Virus record (IMG/VR): IMGVR_UViG_3300037478_000409
Location: 1-34,816 of that record
DNA: 34,816 nucleotides
Strand: one strand, 5' to 3'
DNA from: a virus
Taxonomy: Duplodnaviria; Caudoviricetes
Shown: positions 17,699 to 27,304 of the stretch, piece by piece
Position numbering within the stretch: the stretch's first letter is position 1
How the letters are laid out: each line of letters begins with the position of its first letter
Translations under genes and position numbers: made by a program
Notes under the pieces: generated by a model
What the model was told of the DNA's origin: nothing
Databases searched by the model: none
Seen by the model: only the letters and a program-made list of their open reading frames with translations

Positions 17699-18080
17699 CC
17701 AGATCATGGTGGCCCGGGCCGCGTCGAACGTGGTGTACCACCAGGGCCGCCGGGTGGTGATCCGCAAGGGCCGCACCACCGCCGCCGCGTCCCATCCGAT
17801 CGTGACCGAGCATCCTCGGCTGTGGGAGCCGCTGCGGGTCGACTACCCGGCCCCGGCCCCGGCCCCTGAGTCGGACCTGTTGGACGTGTCGACGTTCGAC
17901 CAGGAACCCGGCACCGAGATGATCCCGGGGCCGGACCCTGGGTCACCGGACGTGGTCACCGATGAGCCGAAGCCGGCGCAGGTGCGGGCGTGGGCGCGCG
18001 GGCAGGGCATCGGGGTGTCCGCGTCCGGCAAGGTTTCCGCCGGGCTGGTGGAGCAGTACAAGGCAGCCACCCATGGCTGA
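17691..18080 (+). CDS. Small protein with C-terminal Lsr2-type DNA-binding domain
   Basis: QVRAWARGQGIGVSASGKVSAGLVEQYKAA matches the Lsr2 C-terminal pattern. Confidence 0.75.
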   Translation: MSDQIMVARAASNVVYHQGRRVVIRKGRTTAAASHPIVTEHPRLWEPLRVDYPAPAPAPESDLLDVSTFDQEPGTEMIPGPDPGSPDVVTDEPKPAQVRAWARGQGIGVSASGKVSAGLVEQYKAATHG

Positions 18081-18270
18081 ACTTCCGGCTGAACCGATCG
18101 AGTGCAAGCGCCGGGCCGAGTCCAACCTGCCCGGCTGGCAGCCACCCAAAGGCGAGCCGCCCGGCGAGGTCGAGTCACCCGGCGACACCCGGGTGGCGAT
18201 CGCGTGGGCGCTGCTGGCCGTGGCCGGGGAGCTGGCAGAGATCCGCCACGAGCTGCGGCGGCGGCGCTGA
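18073..18270 (+). CDS. Small hypothetical protein
   Basis: Overlaps both neighbours; AIAWALLAVA helix. Confidence 0.65.
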   Translation: MAELPAEPIECKRRAESNLPGWQPPKGEPPGEVESPGDTRVAIAWALLAVAGELAEIRHELRRRR

Positions 18271-18641
18271 TGGCACGCCGGACCGTCACCGTCAAGGGCA
18301 TGGACCAGCTGCGGGCCAAGCTGGATCAGCTGCCCGACGCCATCGTCACCGGTGTGCGGGCCGCGGTGAAGGCCGAGACCGAGGAGATCGCCGACGATAT
18401 GCGCCGGGGGGCGCCACGAGCCACCGGGGAGCTGGCCGACTCGATGCAGACCGAGATCGCAGACGACGGCCTGTCGGGAAAGGCGGTGGCGACCGCCCGC
18501 CACGCCACGTTCGTCGAGCACGGCACGTCCGACACCCCGGCACAGCCGTACGTCGCACCGGCCGCCGAACGCGCCCGGAAGCGGTTCCCCGGCCGGGTTG
18601 AGGCCGCTATCGGTGGCGAGCTGCGGAAGCTGCTGAAGTGA
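18270..18641 (+). CDS. HK97 gp10-like tail completion protein
   Basis: APRATGELADS...HATFVEHGTSDTPAQPYVAPA. Confidence 0.9.
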   Translation: MARRTVTVKGMDQLRAKLDQLPDAIVTGVRAAVKAETEEIADDMRRGAPRATGELADSMQTEIADDGLSGKAVATARHATFVEHGTSDTPAQPYVAPAAERARKRFPGRVEAAIGGELRKLLK

Positions 18642-19060
18642 TCAGCCGCTCACCGATCGGCCCGCTTCAGGCCGCGATCTACCAGCGGCTGTCCGGCGAC
18701 CTGACACTGTCCGGGCTGGCCGCTGGCGGTGTTCACGACCAGGTGCCCGAGGGCACCCCGCACCCGTATGTGCGGATCGGCGACCACCTGTCCATCGACG
18801 ATTCCGACCTGACCAGCTACGGCCGGGAGGTCACGGTCACCATCCACGTCTGGTCGAAGACCCGCGGCAACGCGGAGGGGCAGGCGATCGCAGCCCGGAT
18901 CGGGGAGCTGCTCGACGAGCAGGAACGCCAGCTGGACGTGGAAGGCCACCGGGTCGTGTCATGCCGGCAGGAGTTCGACCAGGCGCTGCCCGACCCGGAC
19001 CCGGAGATCCGGCACCACGTCCTGAGGTTCAGGATCATCACCACGCAAGTAGAGGAGTAG
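18638..19060 (+). CDS. Tail terminator (DUF3168)
   Basis: LQAAIYQRL...VHDQVP..PYVRIG...TIHVWS...RHHVLRFR. Confidence 0.9.
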   Translation: MISRSPIGPLQAAIYQRLSGDLTLSGLAAGGVHDQVPEGTPHPYVRIGDHLSIDDSDLTSYGREVTVTIHVWSKTRGNAEGQAIAARIGELLDEQERQLDVEGHRVVSCRQEFDQALPDPDPEIRHHVLRFRIITTQVEE

Positions 19061-19064
19061 GTCA

Positions 19065-19502
19065 ATGTCGGGACTCAACGCGTTCGGGACCCAGTTCCGG
19101 CGTGGTGACGGAGCCACGCCCACCGAGGCGTTCACCACCATCGCCAACGTCACTTCGATCTCCGGGCCGAACCGGACCCGGGAGACGCTCGACCTGACCG
19201 CCCACGACAGCCCGGACGCATACATGGAGTTCGCTGGTGGGCTGAAGAACGGCGGGGAAGTCGGCCTTGAGATCAACTACGATCCGACCGAGAACACCCA
19301 CGACCTGGATGACGACTTCGACGACGTGGACCCGCGGAACTACCAGATCGTCATCCTGCCCGGCACCGAGGATGAGCACACGTGGGACTTCGCCGCGATC
19401 CTCACCGAGCTGTCCGACGAGTTCCCGTATGACGACAAGATGGGCCGCTCCCTGACGGTGAAGATCACCGGGAAACCAGTTCTCACGGCAACCGGTTCAT
19501 GA
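19065..19502 (+). CDS. Major tail (tube) protein
   Basis: ISGP..TRETLDLTAHDS...GLKNGGEV...KITGKP; GAGGAG RBS. Confidence 0.9.
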   Translation: MSGLNAFGTQFRRGDGATPTEAFTTIANVTSISGPNRTRETLDLTAHDSPDAYMEFAGGLKNGGEVGLEINYDPTENTHDLDDDFDDVDPRNYQIVILPGTEDEHTWDFAAILTELSDEFPYDDKMGRSLTVKITGKPVLTATGS

Positions 19503-19988
19503 TCTCGTCTCCGTATGACCGGCTTATGGCCGACGCCGACCGGCACCCGATCTGTGGCGGCTTGACTGCCCGCCGGTACCGGGCTCTGGATGGGTACATA
19601 CACGTTCGGGTCGGCCGTCGGATCGACCGTGCCCACCGGTTGGTGTGGATTCACCATCACGGTCCCATCCCGCTCGGGATGTGCATCTGTCATTCGCTGC
19701 GACCAGCCCGACTGTTTCGACATTCAGCACCTCTTTCTAGGTACGAAGGCGGAAAACAACCTGGATAAGGCCCAGAAGGGGCGTGCGCGCGGAGGCGGCC
19801 TAACTGGGACGCAGCGCGGCATCGCGACATTGACTGACGAACAGGTTGCCGCGATCTACGGGGACCGTCGCATGCAGAAGGTGATCGCAGCCGAATACGG
19901 GATCCATCAGGTGACCGTGAGCAAGATCCAGACCGGAAAACAGTGGCGGCATGTCACCGCCAGCCTGATGGGCATCGGAAGGAGCTGA
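19499..19988 (+). pseudogene. Free-standing HNH homing endonuclease with C-terminal HTH, frameshifted at about 19692-19694
   Basis: AHRLVW...GPIP.GMCICH in one frame and RCDQPDCFDIQHLFLGTKAENNLD in the +1 frame; removing one T restores ICHRCD. Confidence 0.8.
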
Positions 19989-19989
19989 C

Positions 19990-20385
19990 ATGGGATACCT
20001 GGGCCGGGACGCGATCCTGCAAGCTGAGGACCGCACCTACGACGAGGTGGACTGCCCAGAATGGGGCGGTGCTGTGCGGCTCCGCTCCATCACCGGCGGG
20101 CAGCGCGACGCCTATGAGCAGTCGCTGGTCCAGCAGCGTGGCAACAACCGGCAGATGAACCTTCGCAACGCACGCGCCAAGCTGATCGTGCTGTGCGCGG
20201 TCGACGACGGCGACCGGCCGCTGTTCACCGAGGCCGACGTGAACGCGTTGTCCAAGAAGAACGCCCGGCCGCTTGACCGGCTGTTCGACGCGTGCCGGGT
20301 GCTGGCGGGGCTGTCCGAAGACGACGTGGACAAGCTCGTCGAGGATTTCGGCGCGACCCAGGGCGACGACTCCACCACCGACTAG
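19990..20385 (+). CDS. Tail assembly chaperone (G)
   Basis: VDCPEWGGAVRLRSITGGQRDAYE...LFTEADV; upstream of the tape measure gene. Confidence 0.9.
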   Translation: MGYLGRDAILQAEDRTYDEVDCPEWGGAVRLRSITGGQRDAYEQSLVQQRGNNRQMNLRNARAKLIVLCAVDDGDRPLFTEADVNALSKKNARPLDRLFDACRVLAGLSEDDVDKLVEDFGATQGDDSTTD

Positions 20386-20759
20386 CCCTCGCCCTGGGCT
20401 GCACCGTCCACGAGCTACTGGCCCGGATCAGCTCGCGGGAGCTGACCGCGTGGGTGGCCTACGAGCGGGTCACCGGCCCGATCGGGCCGGAGCGGGCCGA
20501 CAGGCACGCCGCGATCGTCGCCGCAACCGTCGCGAACGCGATGCGCGGCAAGAAGGGCCGCACGTACAAGCCGGAGGACTTCATCCCCCGGTGGGACGCG
20601 GGGGCGCCACCCGAGCAGCGGCAGGAGCAGGCCGAAGATGACCAGCTGCGGCTGGTGCAGCGGCTGAACAAGCGGTTCGGCGGCAGGTTGGTCCAGAGGC
20701 AGGGAGGTGATCCCGGTGGCGACGTTGGCGGATCTGGCGGTCGGCGTCGGGGTCGATGA
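20346..20759 (+). CDS. Tail assembly chaperone extension (T), reached by -1 frameshift
   Basis: LALALGCTVHELLARISSRELTAWVAYE in the -1 frame; candidate slip site G GAT TTC at 20343-20349. Confidence 0.8.
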   Translation, partial: FRRDPGRRLHHRLALALGCTVHELLARISSRELTAWVAYERVTGPIGPERADRHAAIVAATVANAMRGKKGRTYKPEDFIPRWDAGAPPEQRQEQAEDDQLRLVQRLNKRFGGRLVQRQGGDPGGDVGGSGGRRRGR

Positions 20760-22929
20760 CTCCGGCGTCGACAAGGGCACCCGGCGGGTTCAGGGAAAGT
20801 TCGACAAGCTGTGGAAGGGTGTCGGGAAGGCCGCCACCGTCGCCGGTGCGGCGATCGGTGGGGCGCTCACGGTCGGGGTGGTCCAGGGCATCCAGCGGGA
20901 AGCCGCTAACGACCTGGTCGCCGCGCAGCTGCGGCTGGGTGAGGCCGAACAGGAGATGGCCGGCCGGATCGCCGGTGACCTGTACGCCAACGCGTGGGGC
21001 GAGTCGCTACAGGCCGTCCAGGGCACCTTCGCCGCCGTGTTCCGGGAAGTCGGCAACGTTGGCGAAGGTGAGCTGAAGGACCTGACGCTACACGCGCAGC
21101 GGTTCGCCGACGTGTTCCAAGTGGACGCCGCGATGGCGGTGAAGACCGCCGGGGCGCTGGTGAAGAACCAGCTCGCCCCGGACATGGCATCGGCATTCGA
21201 CACCCTGACCGGTGCGGCGCAGACCCTCAACATCCCGGTTGAGGAGATCCTGGACAACCTCAACGAGTACGCCGAGCCGATCGCGTCTCTCGGGCTGACC
21301 GGGCCGAAGGCGATCGGGCTGATGAACGCGGCCATGGCCACCGGGGTCCGCGACGTGGACAAGGCGCTGGACGCGGTCAAGGAGTTCAGCATCCGGGCCA
21401 TCGACGGATCGGAGTCGACCAAGGACGCGTACGACGTGATCGGGCTGTCCGCGAAGTCCATGGCCAGTCAGATCGCCGAAGGTGGCCCCGTCGCCGAAAA
21501 CGCCATGGCCAACATCATCCGCGCGTTGATGAAGGTGGAGGACCCGGTCAAGCAGGACTTGGCCGGGGTGGCGCTGTTCGGGACGATGTGGGAGGACCTC
21601 GGCCCGAAGGCGATCGCCGCACTCGATCCGATGGCGGCCGGGTTGGTGGATGTGGCTGGCCGGTCGGCTGAGCTGGACGGGGCGTTCGACAACAACGCGG
21701 CGAAGATCACGACGTGGAAGCGGCAGGCCGAGGGGTGGCTGATCAACCTGGCTGAGGCGCCGGGTGCGTTGGGTCAGGTCGGCGCGGGTGTGGCCGGGTT
21801 CGGCGCGGTCGCCCTGGCCTCCGGCGCCAACATCGGCGGGTTCTCCGAGACCCTCGCCTTCACCGGCAAGGCCGCTAAGACGCTGCGGCTGGGCACGGCG
21901 GTCAAGAAGCTCGGCCACCTTGGGAAGGTGGCACTGGTCGCCAGCGGCCACGGGTTGAAGGCGGCCGGGATGTGGGTGGTGTCTGCCGGCCGCACCACCG
22001 CGGCGTGGGTGCGCACCGCCGCCGTTGCCACTGGCACCGCGGCGAAGACCGCCGCCGTGTGGGTCGCCTCGGCCGCGAAGATGACCGCCACGATGGCCTT
22101 GACTGTGGCGCGGGTGGTCGCCGGCTGGGTTCTGATGGCGGTGCAGTCGCTGATCCAGGCCGCCAGGATGGCGATCGCATGGCTCATCGCCATGGGTCCG
22201 ATCGCGCTGATCATCGCCGCGGTGATCGGGCTGGTGGTGCTGATCGTCAAGAACTGGGACACCATCTGGTCCTTCACCAAGATGATCTTCGGAAAGGTGT
22301 GGGGCTTCCTCAAAGGCTTGTGGGACAAGGTGAAGGAGTTCATCGGCCGGGCTATCACCGGCATCAAGGACATCTTCTTCAAGTTCCACCCGGTCGGGAT
22401 CATCATGAAGAACTGGGACCCGATCTGGTCGTTCATCAAGGGCCTGTGGGACAAGGTGACCGGCCGCATCCGTGGCGCGGTCGACAAGATCAAGGGCTTC
22501 TTGTCGGGGATGTGGGATGCGGCCAAGTCGGGTGCCCGCTCGGCGCTCAACGGGGCGATCGGGCTGGTGAACACGGCCATCGGCGGCATCAACACGCTGA
22601 TCCGCACCGCCAACAAGCTGCCGGGGGTGAGCATCCCGCAGGTCCCGCAGATCCCCCGGTTGGCGGCCGGGGGCATCGTCACCGGTCCCACGCTGGCGCT
22701 GCTGGGTGAGGGTGGCCTCGACGAGGCGGTGATCCCGCTTCCGCGTGGGATGCGTGACATGGGCGACGTGCGCGGCAGCGACGGCGCTTCCCAGCTGCCC
22801 GACGAGTTCACGGTGGACGCCACGGTCGACCTGGGCGAGGGGATCACGCGGGTGGTCGAGATGAAGCTGAAGCGGAAGAACCAGGGTGTGGTGCGGCGCA
22901 ACCTGGCCGGGGCGGGTAGGGCCGCATGA
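20716..22929 (+). CDS. Tape measure protein
   Basis: Long Ala-rich ORF; DKALDAVKEFSIR, ALFGTMWEDLG, Trp/Phe periodic region, IPRLAAGGIV; GGAGGTGA RBS. Confidence 0.93.
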   Translation: MATLADLAVGVGVDDSGVDKGTRRVQGKFDKLWKGVGKAATVAGAAIGGALTVGVVQGIQREAANDLVAAQLRLGEAEQEMAGRIAGDLYANAWGESLQAVQGTFAAVFREVGNVGEGELKDLTLHAQRFADVFQVDAAMAVKTAGALVKNQLAPDMASAFDTLTGAAQTLNIPVEEILDNLNEYAEPIASLGLTGPKAIGLMNAAMATGVRDVDKALDAVKEFSIRAIDGSESTKDAYDVIGLSAKSMASQIAEGGPVAENAMANIIRALMKVEDPVKQDLAGVALFGTMWEDLGPKAIAALDPMAAGLVDVAGRSAELDGAFDNNAAKITTWKRQAEGWLINLAEAPGALGQVGAGVAGFGAVALASGANIGGFSETLAFTGKAAKTLRLGTAVKKLGHLGKVALVASGHGLKAAGMWVVSAGRTTAAWVRTAAVATGTAAKTAAVWVASAAKMTATMALTVARVVAGWVLMAVQSLIQAARMAIAWLIAMGPIALIIAAVIGLVVLIVKNWDTIWSFTKMIFGKVWGFLKGLWDKVKEFIGRAITGIKDIFFKFHPVGIIMKNWDPIWSFIKGLWDKVTGRIRGAVDKIKGFLSGMWDAAKSGARSALNGAIGLVNTAIGGINTLIRTANKLPGVSIPQVPQIPRLAAGGIVTGPTLALLGEGGLDEAVIPLPRGMRDMGDVRGSDGASQLPDEFTVDATVDLGEGITRVVEMKLKRKNQGVVRRNLAGAGRAA

Positions 22930-23747
22930 GCCTGACCGCCACCTACAACGGTGACCTGTCCCGGAATCAGCTCGCGGCGACCGCCCTGGGCGCGGCGGCG
23001 ACGTATGCGGTGGTCGAGCGCAGCCTGAATGAGACGCTTTGGCTGCCGGTCCGTGGCGGGTTGACGCTGCCGGTGGAGTCTCAGGAAGCGGAGCTGAGCG
23101 ACTACGAGTTCTTCGACGGCGCCGAGAACTTCTACCGGGTGACCAGCTTCGACGTGGATGACGTGCAGCAGGAGCAGTTCACCGACAGCATCACTCCTGA
23201 GCTGGACGCGGTTTGGCTCAAGAGCATCCGCTACCCGCTGCTGAACCGGCCCGTCAAGGTGCTGGACCGGGGTGAGGCAGTGAGCCGGGCGTCCCGGTCG
23301 ACGGTGGCCGCGATCGTCGGCAGGTCGACCGGCGTTGCCACGCATGACCTGCGGGGCGCGCGCGCGTTCGACCTGACGATCATCACGCAGGTGGTCGGCG
23401 AGTCCGGCCACGCCGAGCAGGCAGCCAAGCTTGACCTGACACTGGCGGCCGGCGGGACGTTCTTCGTCCACGTGCCGGCGGGATCGGCGGTCCCGGGTGG
23501 CTACGTGGCGATCGACGCGGACACCGTGGAGGAACGGCTGTACCGGGCCGACCCGGACGCGCCGCGGGTGTTCACGCTGCCGTGCCAGGTGGTGACCCCA
23601 CCGGCGCCGCAGATCACCGGCACGCTGCTGGTGGCCGAGACGCTGCTGCGGCTGTACGGCAACGCTCAGGCGCTGATCGCCGCGCATTCCACGAACCTGT
23701 CGCTGCTGCAAACCATTGGCAGCCTTGAGGATCTGGTGGTGGTGTGA
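22926..23747 (+). CDS. Minor tail protein (distal-tail-like by position)
   Basis: Coupled to TMP; beta-rich; DYEF and VWLKS motifs. Confidence 0.75.
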   Translation: MSLTATYNGDLSRNQLAATALGAAATYAVVERSLNETLWLPVRGGLTLPVESQEAELSDYEFFDGAENFYRVTSFDVDDVQQEQFTDSITPELDAVWLKSIRYPLLNRPVKVLDRGEAVSRASRSTVAAIVGRSTGVATHDLRGARAFDLTIITQVVGESGHAEQAAKLDLTLAAGGTFFVHVPAGSAVPGGYVAIDADTVEERLYRADPDAPRVFTLPCQVVTPPAPQITGTLLVAETLLRLYGNAQALIAAHSTNLSLLQTIGSLEDLVVV

Positions 23748-24448
23748 TGGTCGCATTGACCAGCCCGGATGAGCTGCCGTACGAGACGCTGACCGGCGAC
23801 GAGCCGACTAGCACGCTAAACGGCGGTACTGGCGGGGACGACAGCATCATCCTGGCCCGGGTGGTCCAAGAGGTCATCGCGGGGTTGCGGGACGACATTC
23901 AGACGGTGGCCGATGCTGCCGCCGCGGCGGCGCTGGGGTGGGTGCCGATCGCGTCGGGCAGCGAGACGGCCGCCTTTACCATCGACCTGACCGCGGGCGG
24001 TACGTGGCCGGCTGGCACGTTCGAGCTGGTCCGTGTCCACTTCCGCGGGGCGACCAGCGTGGACGGTGTGCGGGTCAACGCGCGGGTCAACGCCGACAGC
24101 ACGGCCGCGCTTCACCTGCGCACATGGGAGGTGCGCAACCTCAACGGCGGGGCGATCATCGACAGCCTCGCCGGCAACAGCGGCGAAGTGACCTCCTGGC
24201 CGTTCGCGTGGTGGTCTTCGGGACTGAGCTGCAACGCTCAGATGCTGATCTTCAACACGGATGTGAGCAGCATCCTCAGCATGGAGTCGTCGAGCTACCG
24301 GGCGAGCGCGGGCGACACGATCCGGCACCGGGGTGTGTTCCATGGCCACCTGGCCAGTTCGCGGCTGCTGAGCAGTCTGCAGATTTTCGCGACTACGGGG
24401 TCTATCAGCTCGTGCCGCTGGTGGGCGACCGGGTACCGGGCGGCTTAG
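23744..24448 (+). CDS. Minor tail protein
   Basis: In tail operon; LPY N-terminal motif, beta-rich C-terminus. Confidence 0.7.
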   Translation: MMVALTSPDELPYETLTGDEPTSTLNGGTGGDDSIILARVVQEVIAGLRDDIQTVADAAAAAALGWVPIASGSETAAFTIDLTAGGTWPAGTFELVRVHFRGATSVDGVRVNARVNADSTAALHLRTWEVRNLNGGAIIDSLAGNSGEVTSWPFAWWSSGLSCNAQMLIFNTDVSSILSMESSSYRASAGDTIRHRGVFHGHLASSRLLSSLQIFATTGSISSCRWWATGYRAA

Positions 24449-27304
24449 GTGGCGTTCTCGACGCTCGACGCTGAAGGCGCCCGACTTGGGGTGCTGGCCA
24501 GTACCGGCCGGGTGGCGGTCGACACCGTCGGCAGCAGTGTGCAGGGCAGGCCGGTGCGGTTGCTGCGGATCGGCCGGCCGCCGCCGCCGGCGGACGCCCG
24601 GGCGGTGCTGCTGCTCATGGGCGCCCAGCACGGTGATGAGCCGGCCGGCCGGGAGGGGCTTCTCGCCGCCGCTGAGCACCTGGCTGCGGTCGAGGCTGTC
24701 GACGTCAGGTTGCGGCAGGACGGCGTCTCCGGCGACTTCACCCGCACCCCCGACCATTCGTCGCTGGACGTGACCGGCGACCTGGACCTGCGGGTGGAGT
24801 TCGCCCCGGACCAGTGGGCATCCGGTTCGATCCAGAACGTGATCAGCAAGTACAGCACCACCGGCAACCAGCGGTCCTACACGATGCGGCTGTCCAGCAC
24901 GGGCGAGCTTCAGATGGTGTGGTCCGCCAACGGCACCAACCTGATCACCCGCACGTGTACCGCACCGGTGCCGGCTGGTGATGGGCAGCGGATCGCGCTG
25001 CGCATCAACGTGGAAGTGGATGATGGCGCGGGCGGGAACGTGACCCGGTTCTTTTGGGCGGCGACGATCGCCGGCCCGTGGGCGCCGCTGGGCGACCCGG
25101 TGGTGGGCGGTGCGACCACCTCGATCTTCTCCAGCACGGCGGTGCTGGAGATCGGGTCTACCACCGGCGGCACGGCGGGACTGACCGCCGGGTGGTGGTG
25201 GGCGGCGCAGGTCCGCTCCGGCATTGACGGCACCATCGTGGCTAACCCGGACTTCGGCGCGCAGACCGCGGCAGCCGGCAGCTTCGCCGACTCCGCCGGG
25301 AAGACGTGGACGATCAACGGGTCCGCGGCGCTGGTGGACGTGGGCGACCCGGACCTGGTCGACCTGCTCACCGACCACGGTGTGCTGATCGTCCCGACGC
25401 CCAACCCGGACGGGATCGCCAACGACACCCGCGTCAACGCGGCCGGGGTGGACCTGAACCGGGACTGGCTGGCGCTTTCGCAGCCGGAGGTGCGTCCGCT
25501 GGCGCAGCTGCTCGGGCTGGTGCGTCCGCTGGTGCTGGTCGACCACCACGAGGCCGACCCGCAGCTGAGCGCGAACGTAACGTTCGCACCGCCGTCGAAC
25601 CCGCAGGTCGACTCCGGCATCGTCGATGAGGCCGACGCGCTGATCACGCTGATGAAGGCCCGGATGACCGCCGACGGCTGGTCAGAGGACGATTTCGGCG
25701 ACATCACCGGCGGCCCGGACCGGCTGGTGTCCAACGTGGGCATGCGGCACGGTGCGGCGGTGCTGGTCGAGTCCAGCGTGAGCCAGACCGACGCGGCCCG
25801 CACCGCCCAGCACCTGGCCTGTGCGGAGGAAGCCTGGCAGTACGTGGTCGCCAACCTGGCCGCCCTGTTCGACGAGGCCGACGACGCGGCCGGCCGCGTC
25901 ACAGCCGCTGGTGCTGCCGGTGACGCGTTCGACCTGAACAACGGCACCGTGTTGGACCCGGCGCCGCTGGGCTACACCCTGCCCGGGGTGCTGCCCGAGT
26001 TCCACCTCGGCGTGTTCGGCATCGCCGTCATCTCGCCCAACACGGTCAGCATGGCGCAGAGTGGCCAGCCGATCATCCCGTACCTGTTCGACCCGGCCTC
26101 GGACCATATGGTGCTGGCCGGGATCCGGCTCACGTCCCTGCCGGTGCCGGCGGTCGTGGCCAGCGTCGCCGAGTTCGCCGCGGTCGTGTCCGGCTCCCAC
26201 GAGCCGCTGATCGAAGCGTTGCTGGTCGACGGTTTCCAGTCCGGTTTCAACCCGACCGGGCTGGCGTTGCCGATCATCGACGGTGACGTGCAGTACGACG
26301 CGACCGCCGACATCTTCGCCACCCTGTCCCTGACCACGCTGGGCGTGGATGAGCAGACCGGCCGGTCGCGGTTCCCACGCACCCCGGCCGCGGACCTGGC
26401 ACCGTACGGCGTGGAGGTGTTCGTCCGCCGAGGTGTGGACCTCGGCAACCAGATCATCTGGTCGCCGCTGGGCTACTTCCGGCTGATCACCGTAGAGCAG
26501 ACCGGGGTCAGCGAGTCGCCGATCGCGTTGACCGGGTCGGACCGTATGTGGACGCTGATCCGCTCGCCCATGCTCGCGCCGCGGGTGTTCGCCGCTTCGA
26601 CCAGTGTTGCCGCGTTCGTGTCCAGCCTGGTCGGCGAGGTGTACCCGGCCGCGACGGTGGTCTTTGACGATGCGGCCGCTTTCGAGCCGATCGGCCGGCA
26701 GATCGTGGTGGATGAGTCCCGGGCGGAGCCGCTGCGGGAGGTCGCCGACGGGTTGGGGAAGGTGATCGGCTGGGATGGTGCGGGCGCCCTGCGGATCGAG
26801 TCGCCGCCGGCCGATGACGTGCCGGTGTGGCGGGTCGCCGCCGGCGTCGGCGGGGTGCTGGTCGACTCCGCACGGCGGGTGTCCACAGAGAACGCTTTCA
26901 ACGGGGTGATCATCCTGGGTACCGGTGGCGGTGGTGGCGACCCGGTCCGCGGGGTGGCGATCGACATCGGGGCGAAGTCGCCGACCCGGTGGGGCGGGCC
27001 GTTCGGGAAGATCCTGCCGCCGGGTGGTCCGATCCAGCTGCCCACCGTCACGACCGCGGCGCAGGCCACCGTGGCGGCGCGGGAGATGCTGCGCCGCAAC
27101 CTGGGCGCGCCGTTCAGCGCCGACTTCGGGGCGATCGTGAACCCGGCGTTGCGGCCGAGGATGCCGGTGATGGTGGTCCAGCGCGACGGGAACCGGGAGC
27201 TGCACGTGATGCAGACGGTGACGGTGCCGCTGGTGGTCGGGCCGAACATGACCGGCACCACCCGCGAACGCACCCACGTGTCGATCGGCAGCGTGATCTC
27301 ATGA
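24449..27304 (+). CDS. Tail hub protein fusion: M14 zinc carboxypeptidase interrupted by a LamG/ConA-like domain, plus C-terminal DUF5047-like hub domain
   Basis: GSSVQGRP, QHGDEP, PTPNPDG, GVDLNRD, DHHE, VES (M14 motifs); beta-rich insert at about aa 80-298; GSH..DGDVQYDATADIFATL..PYGVEVFVRRG hub region. Confidence 0.8.
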   Translation: MAFSTLDAEGARLGVLASTGRVAVDTVGSSVQGRPVRLLRIGRPPPPADARAVLLLMGAQHGDEPAGREGLLAAAEHLAAVEAVDVRLRQDGVSGDFTRTPDHSSLDVTGDLDLRVEFAPDQWASGSIQNVISKYSTTGNQRSYTMRLSSTGELQMVWSANGTNLITRTCTAPVPAGDGQRIALRINVEVDDGAGGNVTRFFWAATIAGPWAPLGDPVVGGATTSIFSSTAVLEIGSTTGGTAGLTAGWWWAAQVRSGIDGTIVANPDFGAQTAAAGSFADSAGKTWTINGSAALVDVGDPDLVDLLTDHGVLIVPTPNPDGIANDTRVNAAGVDLNRDWLALSQPEVRPLAQLLGLVRPLVLVDHHEADPQLSANVTFAPPSNPQVDSGIVDEADALITLMKARMTADGWSEDDFGDITGGPDRLVSNVGMRHGAAVLVESSVSQTDAARTAQHLACAEEAWQYVVANLAALFDEADDAAGRVTAAGAAGDAFDLNNGTVLDPAPLGYTLPGVLPEFHLGVFGIAVISPNTVSMAQSGQPIIPYLFDPASDHMVLAGIRLTSLPVPAVVASVAEFAAVVSGSHEPLIEALLVDGFQSGFNPTGLALPIIDGDVQYDATADIFATLSLTTLGVDEQTGRSRFPRTPAADLAPYGVEVFVRRGVDLGNQIIWSPLGYFRLITVEQTGVSESPIALTGSDRMWTLIRSPMLAPRVFAASTSVAAFVSSLVGEVYPAATVVFDDAAAFEPIGRQIVVDESRAEPLREVADGLGKVIGWDGAGALRIESPPADDVPVWRVAAGVGGVLVDSARRVSTENAFNGVIILGTGGGGGDPVRGVAIDIGAKSPTRWGGPFGKILPPGGPIQLPTVTTAAQATVAAREMLRRNLGAPFSADFGAIVNPALRPRMPVMVVQRDGNRELHVMQTVTVPLVVGPNMTGTTRERTHVSIGSVIS

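Noticed and set aside
22240-22520. Repeated AAGAACTGGGAC / TGGGACAAGGTG segments
   Set aside because: Ordinary Trp/Phe periodic repeats of tape measure proteins
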